NCBI GenBank assembly: GCA_951406725.2
Contig: OX597816.1
Location: forward strand, 49,972,001 to 50,036,000
Length of the DNA: 64,000 nt
Reading direction: 5' to 3'
From: Octopus vulgaris
Taxonomy: Eukaryota
Shown here: positions 27,477 to 42,669 of the stretch, in pieces
Position numbering within the stretch: the first letter of the stretch is position 1
Layout: each line of letters opens with the position of its first letter
Notes under the pieces: model-generated
What the model was told of the DNA's origin: nothing
The model's database searches: none
Seen by the model: the letters and a program-made list of their open reading frames with translations, nothing else
Translations under genes and position numbers: made by a program

Positions 27477-27778
27477 TACTATAGCCTCGGGCCAACCAAA
27501 GCCTTGTGAGTGGATTTTGTAGACGGAAACTGAAAGAAGCCCGTCATATATATGTGTATATGTGTGTGTATACGTTTGTGTGTTCGTGTTTGTCCGCCAA
27601 CATCGCTTACAACCGATGATGGTGTATTTATGTCCCGTAACTTAGTGGTTAGGCAAAAGTGACCGATAAAATAAGTACTAGGCTTACAAAGAATAAGTCC
27701 TGGGGTCGATTTGCTCGACTAAAGGCGGTGCTCCGGCATGGCCACTGTCAAATGACTGAAACAAGGAAAAGAGTAAAA

Positions 27779-27780
<2 letters not shown>
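27473..27780 (+). mobile_element. SINE family A, 5'-truncated
   Basis: Aligns to 5362-5674. Confidence 0.8.
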
Positions 27781-27823
<43 letters not shown>

Positions 27824-28524
27824 CCATCATTGACTGCTAAATCCACAAGTCATTGTTATTCTCTTTCTGCTTATTTCATCGTGTTCCTTTCTGTTGAAGA
27901 GCATAGGATGGACACGTAAAAAACTTTGGCGTAATTGTTCACTCGGATAAGAATTACAACGTAAATAAATCAATTATATATTAAAATAGTTAGTACATTG
28001 AATCGGTCGGCGTTTCATGTTTAGTGCTTCTATCCCTGTTTAGAATGAAATTATTCCTAGCAGGTATCATATAATTATTAAAAATTATATTAAATAATGA
28101 TGCCTATACATTAATACTTCAGCTTATAAACAAAGAAGATTTTTCATATATTCACGCATGTTTATGGTATTCAAAAACCATCATGGGATATAATATTATT
28201 TTTATAAATAATTAATTATATATTATAATTACTTGAATTGTAAATATGTTGATACGTCACGTTTTATTACAATAGCGTCTGTAAATATAAGCATGAAAGA
28301 ATGCTTAGTAGATATTATACTGATATAAAGATATCAAATGGTAAAAATGTATATTAAGTCTCTTACACAGGTGACAGTACTATTGTGATTGCTATAAATT
28401 CAATTACGTATATTTCTTATGAATATGCGTTGATACTTGATTATATAATTTATTAAGAAAAAGTTACAAGTAAAAGTATTGATTTATAGTGATTGTCGCT
28501 ACAGTTATGTTTTTGATATATAAA

Positions 28525-28733
28525 GCGGCGATCTGGCGGAAGCGTTAGTACGTTGGGCTAATTGCTTAGTGGCATTTTGTCTGTCTTTACGTTCTGAGTT
28601 CAAATTCCACCGAGGTCGACTTTGCCTTTCATCCTTTCGGAGTCGTTAAATTAAGTACTAGCTGCGTACTGGTGTCGATCAAATCGATTGTCCTCCCCGC
28701 CCCGAATTTCAGACCTTGTGCCTAGAGTAGAAG
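28525..28733 (+). mobile_element. SINE family B (alternative 3' tail)
   Basis: GCGGCGATCTGGCGGAAGCGTTAG head, GAGTTCAAATTCC B-box, family B core. Confidence 0.8.
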
Positions 28734-28768
28734 AGAATAACATCAACAACAACAACAACAACAACCAC

Positions 28769-28803
<35 letters not shown>

Positions 28804-28805
<2 letters not shown>

Positions 28806-29587
28806 CCCAGTAACGGTTGAGAAGCTCAGGACTCAAAGCAGAGACAGGGGTTTTTAAATGCAGCACAACACCAAAGCCTCCCCATCAGAAATTACCGAGA
28901 ACATATAATGAAAAGAAATATAACAAGTAATGCAGAATATGTGGAGATGGACAAGAAACAATAAATCATATTATTTCTGGCTGCCCAGTCCTGGCTAAGA
29001 AGGACTATATTCACAGACATGACAGAGTTGGGACCTACATACATTGGAAGCCATGCCAATATTATGGAATATCAACAGAAAAAAGATGGTATAGGTACAC
29101 ACAAGAGAAGGTCAAAGAAAACGAGAAAGCAACCATACTCTGGGATATGCCGATACACACAGATAGAGAAATTAAGGCCAACAGGCCAGATATAGTTGTC
29201 AGAGATCATGGAGAAAAATGCTTTCTAATTGATGTATCAATACCAGCAGATTACAAGGTGTCTCTAAAAGAAATTGAGAAACTTTCAAAATACAAAGACC
29301 TGGAAATAGAGGTAACTAGAATGTGGAGTCTAAAAACAGAAACAATTCCTATCACAGTAGGTGCATTAGGCATGATAAAAATATTCAAATACATAACAAT
29401 ACACCAGGACTTACAAACACATATAACATAGAGAACATTGCACTACTAGGCACTGCACACATCCTACGCAGAACACTTTCAATACAGTAACCATCAGAAC
29501 ATCACAACAAATCACAGCACATACTCAAGGCATACAGAGCTGCGCTCGGTAGTGAAGTGAAAGCACGCTATAAAAATGAAACTACTG
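28804..29587 (+). mobile_element. 5'-truncated R4/Dong-type LINE (CCHC knuckle, REL endonuclease, 3' UTR), flanked by (TAA)n
   Basis: Translation CRICGDGQETINHIISGC, HRHDRVG, WDMPIHTDREIKANRPDIVV, FLIDVSIP, KLSKYKDL; (TAA)n on both sides. Confidence 0.85.
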
Positions 29588-29609
29588 AATAATAATAATA
29601 ATAATAATG

Positions 29610-29697
<88 letters not shown>

Positions 29698-30477
29698 GTA
29701 CCAGGCAGTGGCTCTCGTGGCTTTTGATCTTAACTGATTGGAATTGTTATCATGTACATTGTTTTGTCTTGGTATAAAAGATGGGCTACAGCAAATGTTG
29801 TGCTCAATACCTATTTCTTTATTACCCACAAGGGGCTAAACACAGAGAGGACAAACAAGGACAGACATGGGTATTAAGTCGATTACATCGACCCCAGAGC
29901 GTAACTGGTACTTAATTTATCGACCCCGAAAGGATGAAAGGCAAAGTCGACCTCGGCGGAATTTGAACTCACAACGTAACGCAGACGAAATACCGCTAAG
30001 TATTTCGCCCGGCGTGCTAACTTTTCTGCCAAATACCACAGATTTGCTTGTCAGTTGTTTGACTTTAACCAGTTGAGCATGTCCCTTAGTGGCTGACGAT
30101 ATGTGCATCTCTGATCACGAGCAGAAGTATTGGGGGAGCATCATAGCCATATGTTGAGAGGGATTCTTTGGGGTTTGAATAATTCACCTCTGGAAACACG
30201 GGTGGTTCTTTCAACATCCTTAAACAACCCTTATTCAGGGACCTTTTGAGCGGGATGGGCTACTTAATCAGAAGAAAATTCTAACAGGGCCCCACCTGCA
30301 AGGTCATGTGCTGTTTATCTTTTTATGAGATCACCATGTCGCGCACATATGGTTGTGATGCACGTGTCTGGTGTACCCTTATCAGACAGGTAGTCATGAT
30401 GGGTATACTGGGCTTCGTATATTTTACCTCGGTGTGACTTAGATGGCATGAACTGCTCTCTCACTGCTCTCTCACTC
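29698..30477 (+). mobile_element. (TAA)n-flanked non-coding repeat (long LINE 3' UTR or non-autonomous R4/Dong partner), interrupted by a SINE
   Basis: Highly similar copy at 54509-55031 with the same 3' end (CTGCTCTCTCACTC-AATAAT). Confidence 0.75.
29812..30031 (-). mobile_element. SINE family B with 6-bp TSD AATACC
   Basis: TSD at 29806-29811 and 30032-30037; the empty site is visible at 54597-54602. Confidence 0.9.
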
Positions 30478-30484
30478 AATAATG

Positions 30485-30536
<52 letters not shown>

Positions 30537-30998
30537 AATACCAATCGCATTAGGTAACGTTTAAGTTGGCCTTTGTTCACATAGTTGTATCGACCATATC
30601 TATTGCACACAACTATGGCTGACGCGATATTGTAAAATGATTAATAATAATTAGCTGCTTTTGATGCGTCATATTTTAGTTGGCTTCCATATTTAAAAAA
30701 AAAATGCCTTCGCTAATACATGATGAGTTTTACCATCTCCCTCCCCTTCTTTCTCTCTGAACGTATCTCCATCTTTCTCTCTCTTTTTCTCTTTCTCTAG
30801 CTCTTAGCTCACCCTAATTGCAACACCACGACCAATAAGAACTACATGCATAATAAACGCGCGCGCACAACTATATAATACATGTTTATAAGTTTATAAA
30901 TATACTTATAACAGTTTTTTTAATACATACATTACTAATACGTGTACATGTGAGTCTGTCAAGAGTCGAACAACACGTTTGAATGTATCTCCTTTCTG

Positions 30999-31117
30999 GA
31001 AATTTCTGCCCTGATGAAATACCTAATTAACCAGTTTTAATTTGTAAATTTTAAATTAATTTAATTTCTCTAACTGAACTAATTGGTTAAGGAAACGGAT
31101 GTAGGGATAAAAATTTC
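30999..31117 (+). ncRNA. Type I hammerhead ribozyme motif with extended stem II
   Basis: CTGATGA 31011-31017, stem II TTAACCAGTT/AATTGGTTAA, GAAAC 31092-31096, GTA 31101-31103, stem I CC/GG plus GAAATTT/AAATTTC. Confidence 0.6.
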
Positions 31118-31815
31118 ATTTTATATTAACTGGAATATCTTTGAAAAAAAAACTGATAATAATAGCAATAAACCTTGAATGGAATTGATGAATTCATACA
31201 AAAGTACACACACAACTCAACTTTTGCACTGGTTAAAATGGATAACCATCTACTAATTTTTTATCGCTTGAAAATATGAATACATGAAGATGATGACACC
31301 GATGCCCACGGATGCTACGGATACCACGAATACTAGGGACTACACTGTAATCATCCCAGTAACATGGACTGAGATCTTAAGAGATATGTGTTTTGTGGAA
31401 ACGCGCGAGGCAATGCATTAAATGCTAATAAATACCATCCCAAAATTCTGCTATTACTACTATATTTATCTTACATTACATCGTTATAGGTTGATGCAAC
31501 GCCAAAAAAAATGATTTATCAGTGAGCATCATTGGTCGGCATAATTAAATAGGTGCTTTATTTGCATATTTATATCGTTTCCCGTAAACAAGTTTTATAT
31601 ATACTTCATTTTGCTATAATGAATCCATAAACACATATAAACATCTAAGGGTATATTTTTTATTTACCTCTGAGGCTATTAGCCTCAGATCATATACATT
31701 TAATATTTACTTACAATTTACTGAGTATTAACTGAAACAGCTTTAAGGGATGATCATTAATTTGCTATTACTAATAAACAAGTATTAACTTCCCAATCTT
31801 CATTTTCTTTTCCTT

Positions 31816-31854
<39 letters not shown>

Positions 31855-31858
<4 letters not shown>

Positions 31859-31967
31859 CCTGCTCGCTTAGCCAGCGGGGTGGTGTCATTTAAAGGTTAA
31901 AACAATGCGAAACGCATTGTGACCAGCGATGTGTAGCAACATCTGATAGCCTGGTCGGTCACGGTGA
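31855..31967 (-). mobile_element. Short (about 113 bp) (TA)n-embedded repeat
   Basis: (TA)n on both sides; internal hairpin ACAATGCG-AAA-CGCATTGT; second copy at 21444. Confidence 0.7.
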
Positions 31968-31991
31968 TATATATATATATATATCCTGTTA

Positions 31992-32055
31992 TAGAGTGAT
32001 CAGTGGTTTCGCATCCATAAAACGCTTAACGCTGTAGATAACTCATCAGACTCCA
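31992..32055 (-). ncRNA. Type I hammerhead ribozyme motif, with an inverted degenerate partner at 32104-32180
   Basis: Minus strand: TGGAGT-CTGATGA-(stem II)-GAAA-CCACTGA-TC-ACTCTA. Confidence 0.6.
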
Positions 32056-32217
32056 ATGGCTGCGAACATATAACCACAGAAGAGATGTTATATACCTGCG
32101 ACTATTGGAGTCTAGTGAGTCGTCTGTAGAACTAAGCGCCTTATGGATTCAAAAATATTGGTTTTTCTATGACCGGACATTACTCTTTTTGAGGGTACTA
32201 CTTTTTCAGATATATGA

Positions 32218-32293
<76 letters not shown>

Positions 32294-33046
32294 GTGTGTG
32301 TGCGCGCATATTTGAATAGAAGCATGCACAGATATATTTAGAGTGAGAAAGAGAGAGAAAGAAAGAAATATATACATAAATAATTAGACCGAGCAATAGA
32401 TATATGGTTGAAGAGTCGTACAGGTATATTGATAGAAGCTCTACCTCCAGATGAAGAATTTAAGCACATATTAATCGATTACTACTAGGCAAGTGATATA
32501 TAGACACTACAAGTCGAAATCTAAAATCTACAAAGGTTATTTGTAATGAATCACCCCCCCCACACACACATGCATACACACACATAAACGCACTTACCAC
32601 GTAATATATGCAGCCATATGCGATCACATCATCCTCACATACATATCGATTCATTCACACACGTATATACAACAACAGATAAGAGCTGTGACTCACACAC
32701 TCACACACGCACATACTTGTATTTGCATAGATTGGCTTGGGACAGTTAAAGCTTGCACGCATCAAATACACGCTTAAACAAAACATCGAAGATTTAATGG
32801 CCGAAAATTTTGCTGAAGGTAAAAAGAAGAGAGATATGTATATTCAAGTGAGCCTTTTTTGCACTTACTCAGTCAAAATGTGTAAGCACGTGCAAAGAAT
32901 ATGTGTGCAAAAATGTATATATATTGAAATTTAAATGGAATATATACTGAAATATAAACTTGCAAGGTTATAGAAATCTGATAAGTATTGTATATAGTCC
33001 CTAATAAATATAATATATATATGTATATACATATATATAATTATAA

Positions 33047-33170
<124 letters not shown>

Positions 33171-33209
33171 CATCAGCATGGCCGCACCTCTGAGCTGAAA
33201 CTAGAGAGA

Positions 33210-33273
<64 letters not shown>

Positions 33274-33285
33274 ACATACATAGAG

Positions 33286-33345
<60 letters not shown>

Positions 33346-34559
33346 ATAGAGCTAGAGAGAGAGAAAGTGAAATAGTTACAAACGGCTTACAAATTCAAAA
33401 CAACACATTGTTTTATTTAGTAGTTTATAATGTTGCAGAATTAAGAAAAAGAAAAAAAAACGAAACGTAACGACGCTATGATCAAAATATATAACACCAA
33501 GTGCTACTGGTACTGGATGAAATGTAGGTATACCCGATGCTGGTTTCTCAAATCGGCAATCATAGATTTCAAACGCAGCCGTTGAAGGTTTGAATTTGAA
33601 AACGGGAATATGAATATGGGAAGAGACAAGATACACCGAAATACAACATGAGTTAACGGACTATGAACGATCACAAGATTCTAGACTTCGGTTTACACAG
33701 CTAAAATTTATTTAAAGCTATTCTAATGCTGATCACATAACTGCAAATATTTTATTACTATCCTTTATAATTTTACAGTTTATTAGTCATTTAAACTCCG
33801 TACTCACCTTTAGTTTGTTGTTTGCTTCTCTGATAGTAGTCTATAATTATGTTCCCACTCCTTAATCTACTACTTCAATTTCTCTTCTGCTCACTCTTTT
33901 CTTCTGTATCGTAATCTACATCTTTCTCATCCATTTCTGCCTTTCTATCACCTCCATCTCTTCGTTGTACGTTTTTCCTCCTTTTCCTGCCGCTAATTCT
34001 TTCTCTCTTTTCATTTTTCCGATAGTACTTTGTTTGTTTTGATTCCAATTTTATCTCTCTCCTTCTGCGTTTTGCTCTGCCCATCTTAACCCAGTTCCCT
34101 TCTTACGGACATCTTTTTCTTGAGTTCTTCAATTGGTTGACGAATGGGAAACAGGGATTCTTTGTAGCGACTTCTATAGTTTCAAATTTGAATAAAAAGT
34201 TATTGCATTCTACTGCTCTACAGTACTGTGTACATTTTGCATAATGCCATACCGATGAAGCATAAAATTGCCTAATACATACATACATACATACATACAT
34301 ACATACATACATACATACATACATACATACATACATACACACACACACACTCATGTATACATACTTACATACATGCATACACATCCTGAGTCGCACACAG
34401 TCACACACATGTATATTATTTCATAGTTCTACAGAGAATTTCCGAAATCTGTTCCAGTATCTACCAGGAAAATTGAATTTTATTTGACAATTTATCAAAA
34501 GCATTCTTTAGTTTCAACAGACACATTTATTGTATATTTGTCGAATTATGGTGTCTTAG

Positions 34560-35280
34560 ATAAAACTGTCAAAATGATCATCATCATATACGAAAAAAGG
34601 CTATCGAATACAGTGTAAATGAGACACAGTCCACATGAATAATTTCCCTAATAGCAGATTTCTCTCAAGGAGGGATCTTAGTTTTCGTTTTGTGACTTTG
34701 GAGGACTGCACCTTTTGGCTAAATCATCAATCCATCCAGGGAAAAAGTCTTCATCACGTAAAACAAAAACAATAATTACATTTACATGAAGTGTTATCTT
34801 TATGGCTTTCACTAAGCTAGTGATCTTCACATCGCAGACATTCTGAAGTTACAGTCGGTCAATTTTTATAGAAAGAAGATAGTATACGGGCCTTTTAACG
34901 AACATAAAAGCCATCTTTCAATATGTTAAGCAGATTTTTAAAACTAACGGCGGGAGCGACTTCAAGTAATTCGCGTTTACTGCTCTTTGCAGTGAAAAGA
35001 CTTGATCACATGCCAGGAGAAACTAACATTTTTCAAATCACCTAGTAATCAAATAGGTTCTAGTCAATAATCCTTGCTTTCTGTAGTCGATGTATAGAGG
35101 GTATTTTTCTTTTGGGGACGAAACCTAAAGTCTGACGATCTTCAAATTATACCCACATTCCTCTCATATATGCAGGTATAACAATCACAGCTATCATGCC
35201 ATACATAGGACGATATCGAATGTTCTATTTTTAAGACTTCAGCACTCTTATAGAAAATAAAGTGCCATCCTCTACATTGA
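34560..35280 (-). pseudogene. Highly decayed mariner-like transposase remnant
   Basis: Minus-strand fragments resembling T.DE.W and F..GD.SL motifs; weak. Confidence 0.35.
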
Positions 35281-36609
35281 TGCTATGCAAAGAAAAGCAA
35301 AAGGATATGAAGTTAATATGTTGCTTTCAGAATCTACAGTAACAAATGAAGACAGAAACACAAGGTGCAGCAGAGTGAAAGGCATATTCGTTGCGATTAC
35401 TTGTAGAATGCACACACGCACGCTCTCATACACACACATACATACATACATACATACATACATACATAAATACAAAGATGCTCTCTCTCTCTCACACACT
35501 TTTCTCTCTTCTTTGTCTTTCTTTCAATCGCTGTATCTATCAATGTACATATACGTATATATGTAATTATGTTATATTATAGAATATATGCTATGAGATA
35601 CGATCTAAAATATGTTTATGGATGAAATTTTGTATGGCACGCTTACTCCATTTAAAGTATCATCATTAACACATGTGAAGAGTAATTTTAAAATCAAAAG
35701 GTTTGTCTTAACTGGGTTTATTTGTAAGCACTTTTATTTATTAAAATAGGCGCAATAATTGCTCCTACATAAATCAACGACTACCAAAGAATAGATATAC
35801 AAAACTTCTACAACCCTATTTAGGATTTCAGAAATTAGATATTTGGCTATTAAGCAGGACTCTACTATTCAATAGATTTCGCTTACGGAAGCTTTCATAT
35901 CGACTGCAAATGTAGTTACGCCAATTATCCAATCAGCAATATTTCGCTTGAAATTACGGGTATAACATTTTTTTTTCCTATGATGGTTTACAATCTGATC
36001 CCAGTAATTGCAGAAGCATAAATTTGATTCAGCAGAATAACATTTACTTCCCCTAATTTCTTCCTTGATAATAAAACCATGTGTTGCAATAGTCTATTAC
36101 AATTACGGAGAGCAACACATTATCATCACATATTTCGCATAGATTCTAAATGCTATAAATGCTGACAAATTTCTTAGATCTTTTCGACGATCCTTCCGAT
36201 ATATTTCAGCAGCAGTTCTCTATGTTAATGAGTTTTAAGGATGTTCTTTACTTTTTCTTGTTCTGTACATCTAGCTTATCGGTTTCTTTTCTATTGACTT
36301 TATAAAGGCTTTTGCTCAGAGTCTATGATCTCCAAATGCGATCAGATATTTTATTGAGCTTTCCTCATGATAACTTTGAAGATCTCTTTCGATTTTCAGA
36401 ATACAGCACGTATACATACTTAATTATGCATACACATACATACTCCCACATACACACAAAAAACACACTTATGCGCACGCGCATATATGTATATATGTAT
36501 ACATATATGTGTATATATATATATATATATATACATATATACGCAAACATATATGTACATACATACACACACACCTATATGTATATATACATATATATAC
36601 ATATATATA

Positions 36610-36648
<39 letters not shown>

Positions 36649-37631
36649 TCAGAGCATATATGTATGTGTTTGGATATATAGATTCATATCGATGGACGTT
36701 TTTCATTCTCTACCCCATTAACTTTCCTCACAACATTTTAGATATATGAATATTTATGGAAACTAAATATATCCACCCTATCTTTATCAGTAATGTCAAT
36801 TAATATTTTTGGGTCAATTTTCCTGGCTCTTTAAACGGTTCCCCTTTATCCTGATTAGATTATTTCTATCATTTGTCCGATATTGAATGTTAGCGCATTG
36901 CTGAATACGACGCACATATCCTAGTGGAATGAATATGATGCAAATATATAGCTGAGAATTACATTAGGATCTGAGAAATTATATTCGGTTATAATTGTCG
37001 TCATTGTTAGAAAAGAGCAATTGCAAGTTAATATTCTTATGTAAGGGATATTTGTAGGTTAGTTTTGTCCTTTTCATAGTTTTATAGATAATGAGCAAGT
37101 GAAGATAAATTAAATAGTTCAAAGCCGGTAGTGAAAGATATACACAATACAAATGGAATAAAATGCCCTATTGTTTTTGACTTGAAATAATGCCAATTTT
37201 GCTGGTTCCTTTCATTCCTCAAAGTTCACTAACATATAGAATTTACAGTCGATTATTTTTCTTTCATTTACATTTCATCAAACGATTGACCAAACGAAGT
37301 AGTGATTATTTTAAATGATATTAGAACATTAACACCGTGGCGTGTCGTTTCACTACATTTGTGAGGTATTTGTCCCTTTGAGTCATTCTACAATGGTTTT
37401 ACACAATCCAAATAGACACGTCCTTTATTCTTCCCAATATAAAAGATACGGTAATGGTCTTCTAATTGTAAAGAGTCTTGTAAATAAAACATAAATGAGA
37501 CTTTCACAGGGCGAGTTTCACATCCGTAGGTTGTCTAAAAACAATAGGCAATATAGATGACTGTGTACATCGAATACTCTAACAAACACACACATAACCG
37601 CATACATATATATATGCATATACACTGACAC

Positions 37632-37672
<41 letters not shown>

Positions 37673-37723
37673 ATGTATCTATCTATCCGTCTGCCTGTTG
37701 GCCAGTCTCTCTCTCTCGCTACC

Positions 37724-37792
<69 letters not shown>

Positions 37793-37816
37793 CATATGTA
37801 GGATGAAGAGAGAAAG

Positions 37817-39143
<1,327 letters not shown>

Positions 39144-39211
39144 GTATATACAATATACACAATATTGTATTGTATGTATATATTTTATTAATTTACCTGT
39201 ACTGCTGATAA

Positions 39212-39259
<48 letters not shown>

Positions 39260-39569
39260 TACACACTATGTCTTCTATACCACACACCACCAACGTCAGT
39301 CCCTACCCTACAGAATAAACTCTCCTCCTCGCTGCTGTTAAGCCATAAATCTTTTCCAACGACCCTTTATAAGTGCAATCAGGCCACGACTCCTGTACGA
39401 ACATTTCTACTGAATCCTAAGAGCATTAGTCCTTGCTGCAGGCAAATACGATGGAAAATTTAATTCATTGAAGATTGGGTTACCTACACCCCACAGCGCA
39501 GTCTCTTCTTCCTCTTTACTGAGACTGAGCTTGATAATTCTCAACTGGAAAGGCAAAAAATCACTCGTC

Positions 39570-40977
39570 GTGAACTACCGACCGATCTTAGTTACCTCTC
39601 ATATCATCAGATTATATGAGAGAGTGGTGAGATCTCGCGTAACTCACTTCTTGGATTCTGGCAACCTGATTATTCCCAACCAACATGGCTTTCGCAATGC
39701 AAGGGAGTGCTTAACATAGCTGTTGCATAATTTCAATGACATCTTAAAGACCATGGGAGAGGGCTCAAATGCAAATGTCATATACCTTGACTTCAGCAAA
39801 GCCTTTGACAGAGTTGATCACTAAATCCTGTTAAAGAGACTGCCCAACATTGGAGTTTGAGGAAAACTGTTAACTTTGATTAAATGTTTTCTGATGAACA
39901 GAACTCAACATGTTGTGATTAATGGTATCCGATCGACCTCAGACAGGGTTATAAGTGGAGTCCCACAAGGCACTGTATTGGGTTCGCTCATTTTCATAAT
40001 TTATATCAACGACATCACTGAGTCATCAAACACAGTAGCATGCATATTTTTTGCGGATGACTATAACTTGCTGACAGGGTTGTTCACAGGGTAGAAAACC
40101 AGGACAATCTTCAATCTGATCTGTTTGTATCCAATGGGCGAAGAAACATAATATGCAGCTAAGCGAGAAAATATTCAACCTAATCCTCTTCGGTAAATCA
40201 CACATTCTTCTCTCGAATGAGACCCTCGTGGCATCGAGCACTGCTACAGACTTGGGTGTTGCTGTTGACCACAAAATAAGATGAAGTACTCACACAAACA
40301 GCAAAGATGACATGGCTCGCTGGGTGTGCTCCTAGATCCTCGGCACTTTCCGGTATAAAGACACCCCTACAATTATCCTACTTTTCTATACTTTTACTCG
40401 CCCTCACCTTGAATAATGTTGTGCACTCTGGTCCCTACCACACACACGCGCACACACGATACAGAATATTTAGAAAATTGAAGATCCCCAGAGATCAATC
40501 ACAAAAAAACTAGATGACGTGACAAGCCTTAACAATTGGGATCTACTCAAAAAGCTCAGGTGTTACTCCCGTGAACGCCGCCGTGAGCGCTATATCACCT
40601 CTAAGATGTGGGAAATATTCCATAAACATTACACAAATGATAAAGGTATCATCTTTAAAATTCAAGTGAGGCTTGACCCCTGCGCCATCCGTCCACTACA
40701 GAAATAATGTTCATGTCATTTGTCAACAGTACGATAGAACTATTTCACATCAACTGGCTCTCGTCAGCCCACATTCAAACTGTCCATAGATATTCACCTC
40801 CAACAAATACCAGACAAATTACTCACACACGGATATGTCTCTGAAAACAAAAACTCTCTGGTCGAATGGGCTATGATGCCAAGAGCTTACTATGTATCTC
40901 TTTCAGGATTTGCTATTAAATTATACATAGCTTGAGCCAAATTCGGTCGAAACTTATCCAAGTAATCAAAGTAACTA
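39570..40977 (+). mobile_element. Decayed CR1/Jockey-group LINE (RT domain to 3' end)
   Basis: NYRPI, NQHGFR, YLDFSKAFDRVDH, SGVPQGTVLGS..F.IYINDI, FADD, RRRERY; stops and frameshifts; CAAGTAA-like tail. Confidence 0.9.
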
Positions 40978-41079
40978 TGTATATGTATATATGTACGTAC
41001 GTATGTATGTATGTATGTATGTATGTATGTATGTATGTATGTATGTATGTATGTATGTATGTATGTATGTATGTATCTA

Positions 41080-41114
<35 letters not shown>

Positions 41115-42139
41115 GTCTGTCTATCTATCTATCTATCTATCTGTTTATATATATATGCATATACATATAAGAGTGATCATGTGCGATAGGTTTCAAATGA
41201 AATGAACCGAAAAACGTTCTTCGAAATATTGATTAGAAAGCGATAAAATTCATTCAAAGTTGACTAGGTGGAATTCTACCAGAAGTTTCTAATTCTAGGT
41301 TTGTCCCCTGAGCGAGTATCCCGAGAGAGTTAGATGAAAGACATAGATAATGAGCCAATGAGAACACTTCTACGGGGTCAAATTACCTCCAAACGGCACT
41401 CAAATCAGTCTGCTATATTCAAATTGCCTTCAAACTACACCGTACGTCTTACTGCCTCGTGAACATAGTGAATTCTGACTTCAAATCCAGTTGACCCTAT
41501 CCCTCTCCAATTTTGACCATATATGACTTCTTCCACGGAAGCGTCGCTTCCAGGCAATTTTTCATTGTCGTTGATAATATCTACTCATTACTAATTCCAC
41601 TTCCGTATTTCATGTATCTCCATTTATTTATTGAATGGCTTGTGGTTCATTAAGATGTAAGAGAATACAGTGTACAAATCGCGTCTTATTTCGATACGTA
41701 TTTAGTTACATTGACGTACACAGAGAATATATATGCTGTTGTCTTATACACAGATTTGTCTCCCAAAATTTTTCGCTAGGTATTGGTGCTTTGATAGCTA
41801 CAGTAGAAAATGTTTGTCTAACATGTATTGCTGTGAAGTCAAATCAAGAAAACTTTGCAGGTATGTGAACTTCACGTCCACACGGACGTACTTCTGTTTA
41901 AATAAAATAAGTGTAAAAGCATTAGAGAAAATAGAACATTTCAATATACTTTTAATTTCTCACAGCTATCTTCAATGCAATGTCACGTTTGCCTCCATTA
42001 TATTTGCATTAAAGTTGCTATACCTTTTTACAGTTTACAGTTAAAATGCGTCCGTTGCTATTCACTCACGCAATTGAAACCTGTTATTTCTTGAGGATGT
42101 AAGCCCTGAATTTTACAATGCGCTACTTAACGAGTTCCT

Positions 42140-42430
42140 TTCATCATTATCATTATTATCATGAACCTATGATCATCATAATCATCATGGACATCTCCGC
42201 AGTAGTAGGCAGAGGTGGTATCATTGCCACCACCACAACCGCCACCGCCTCCGCCGCCGCCACCACAACCACTACCACCACCACCACCACCACCACCACC
42301 ACTACCACCAACCACAACAACAACAACTAAAACACCAGTCCCAATCCGCAATCCCATCGTCATCGTCGTCGTCGTTTTCCTCCTCCTCCTCCTTATCAAC
42401 ATCATTATCATCTATATCATCATATTCATC
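42140..42430. repeat. Compound low-complexity trinucleotide tract (CAT/CAC/CAA/CGT/CCT)
   Basis: Seen directly; explains the poly-P/T/G ORFs. Confidence 0.9.
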
Positions 42431-42603
42431 AAAGTTCTTTCTTAAAAATGTATACTCTTTCAGGTTTCGCTCCTGTTTTTGAAAATACAAGCGAGGCTTG
42501 ACCCCTGCGCCACCCGTCCACTACAGAAATCATGTTCATGTCATATCTCAACGGTACGATAGAAACTTTTAGAATTTATTCTGGGGTAATAATAATAATA
42601 ATG

Positions 42604-42667
<64 letters not shown>

Positions 42668-42669
<2 letters not shown>

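Noticed and set aside
30090-30130. CTGACGA inside the TAA-flanked element
   Set aside because: No properly placed GAAA or stem III in either copy.
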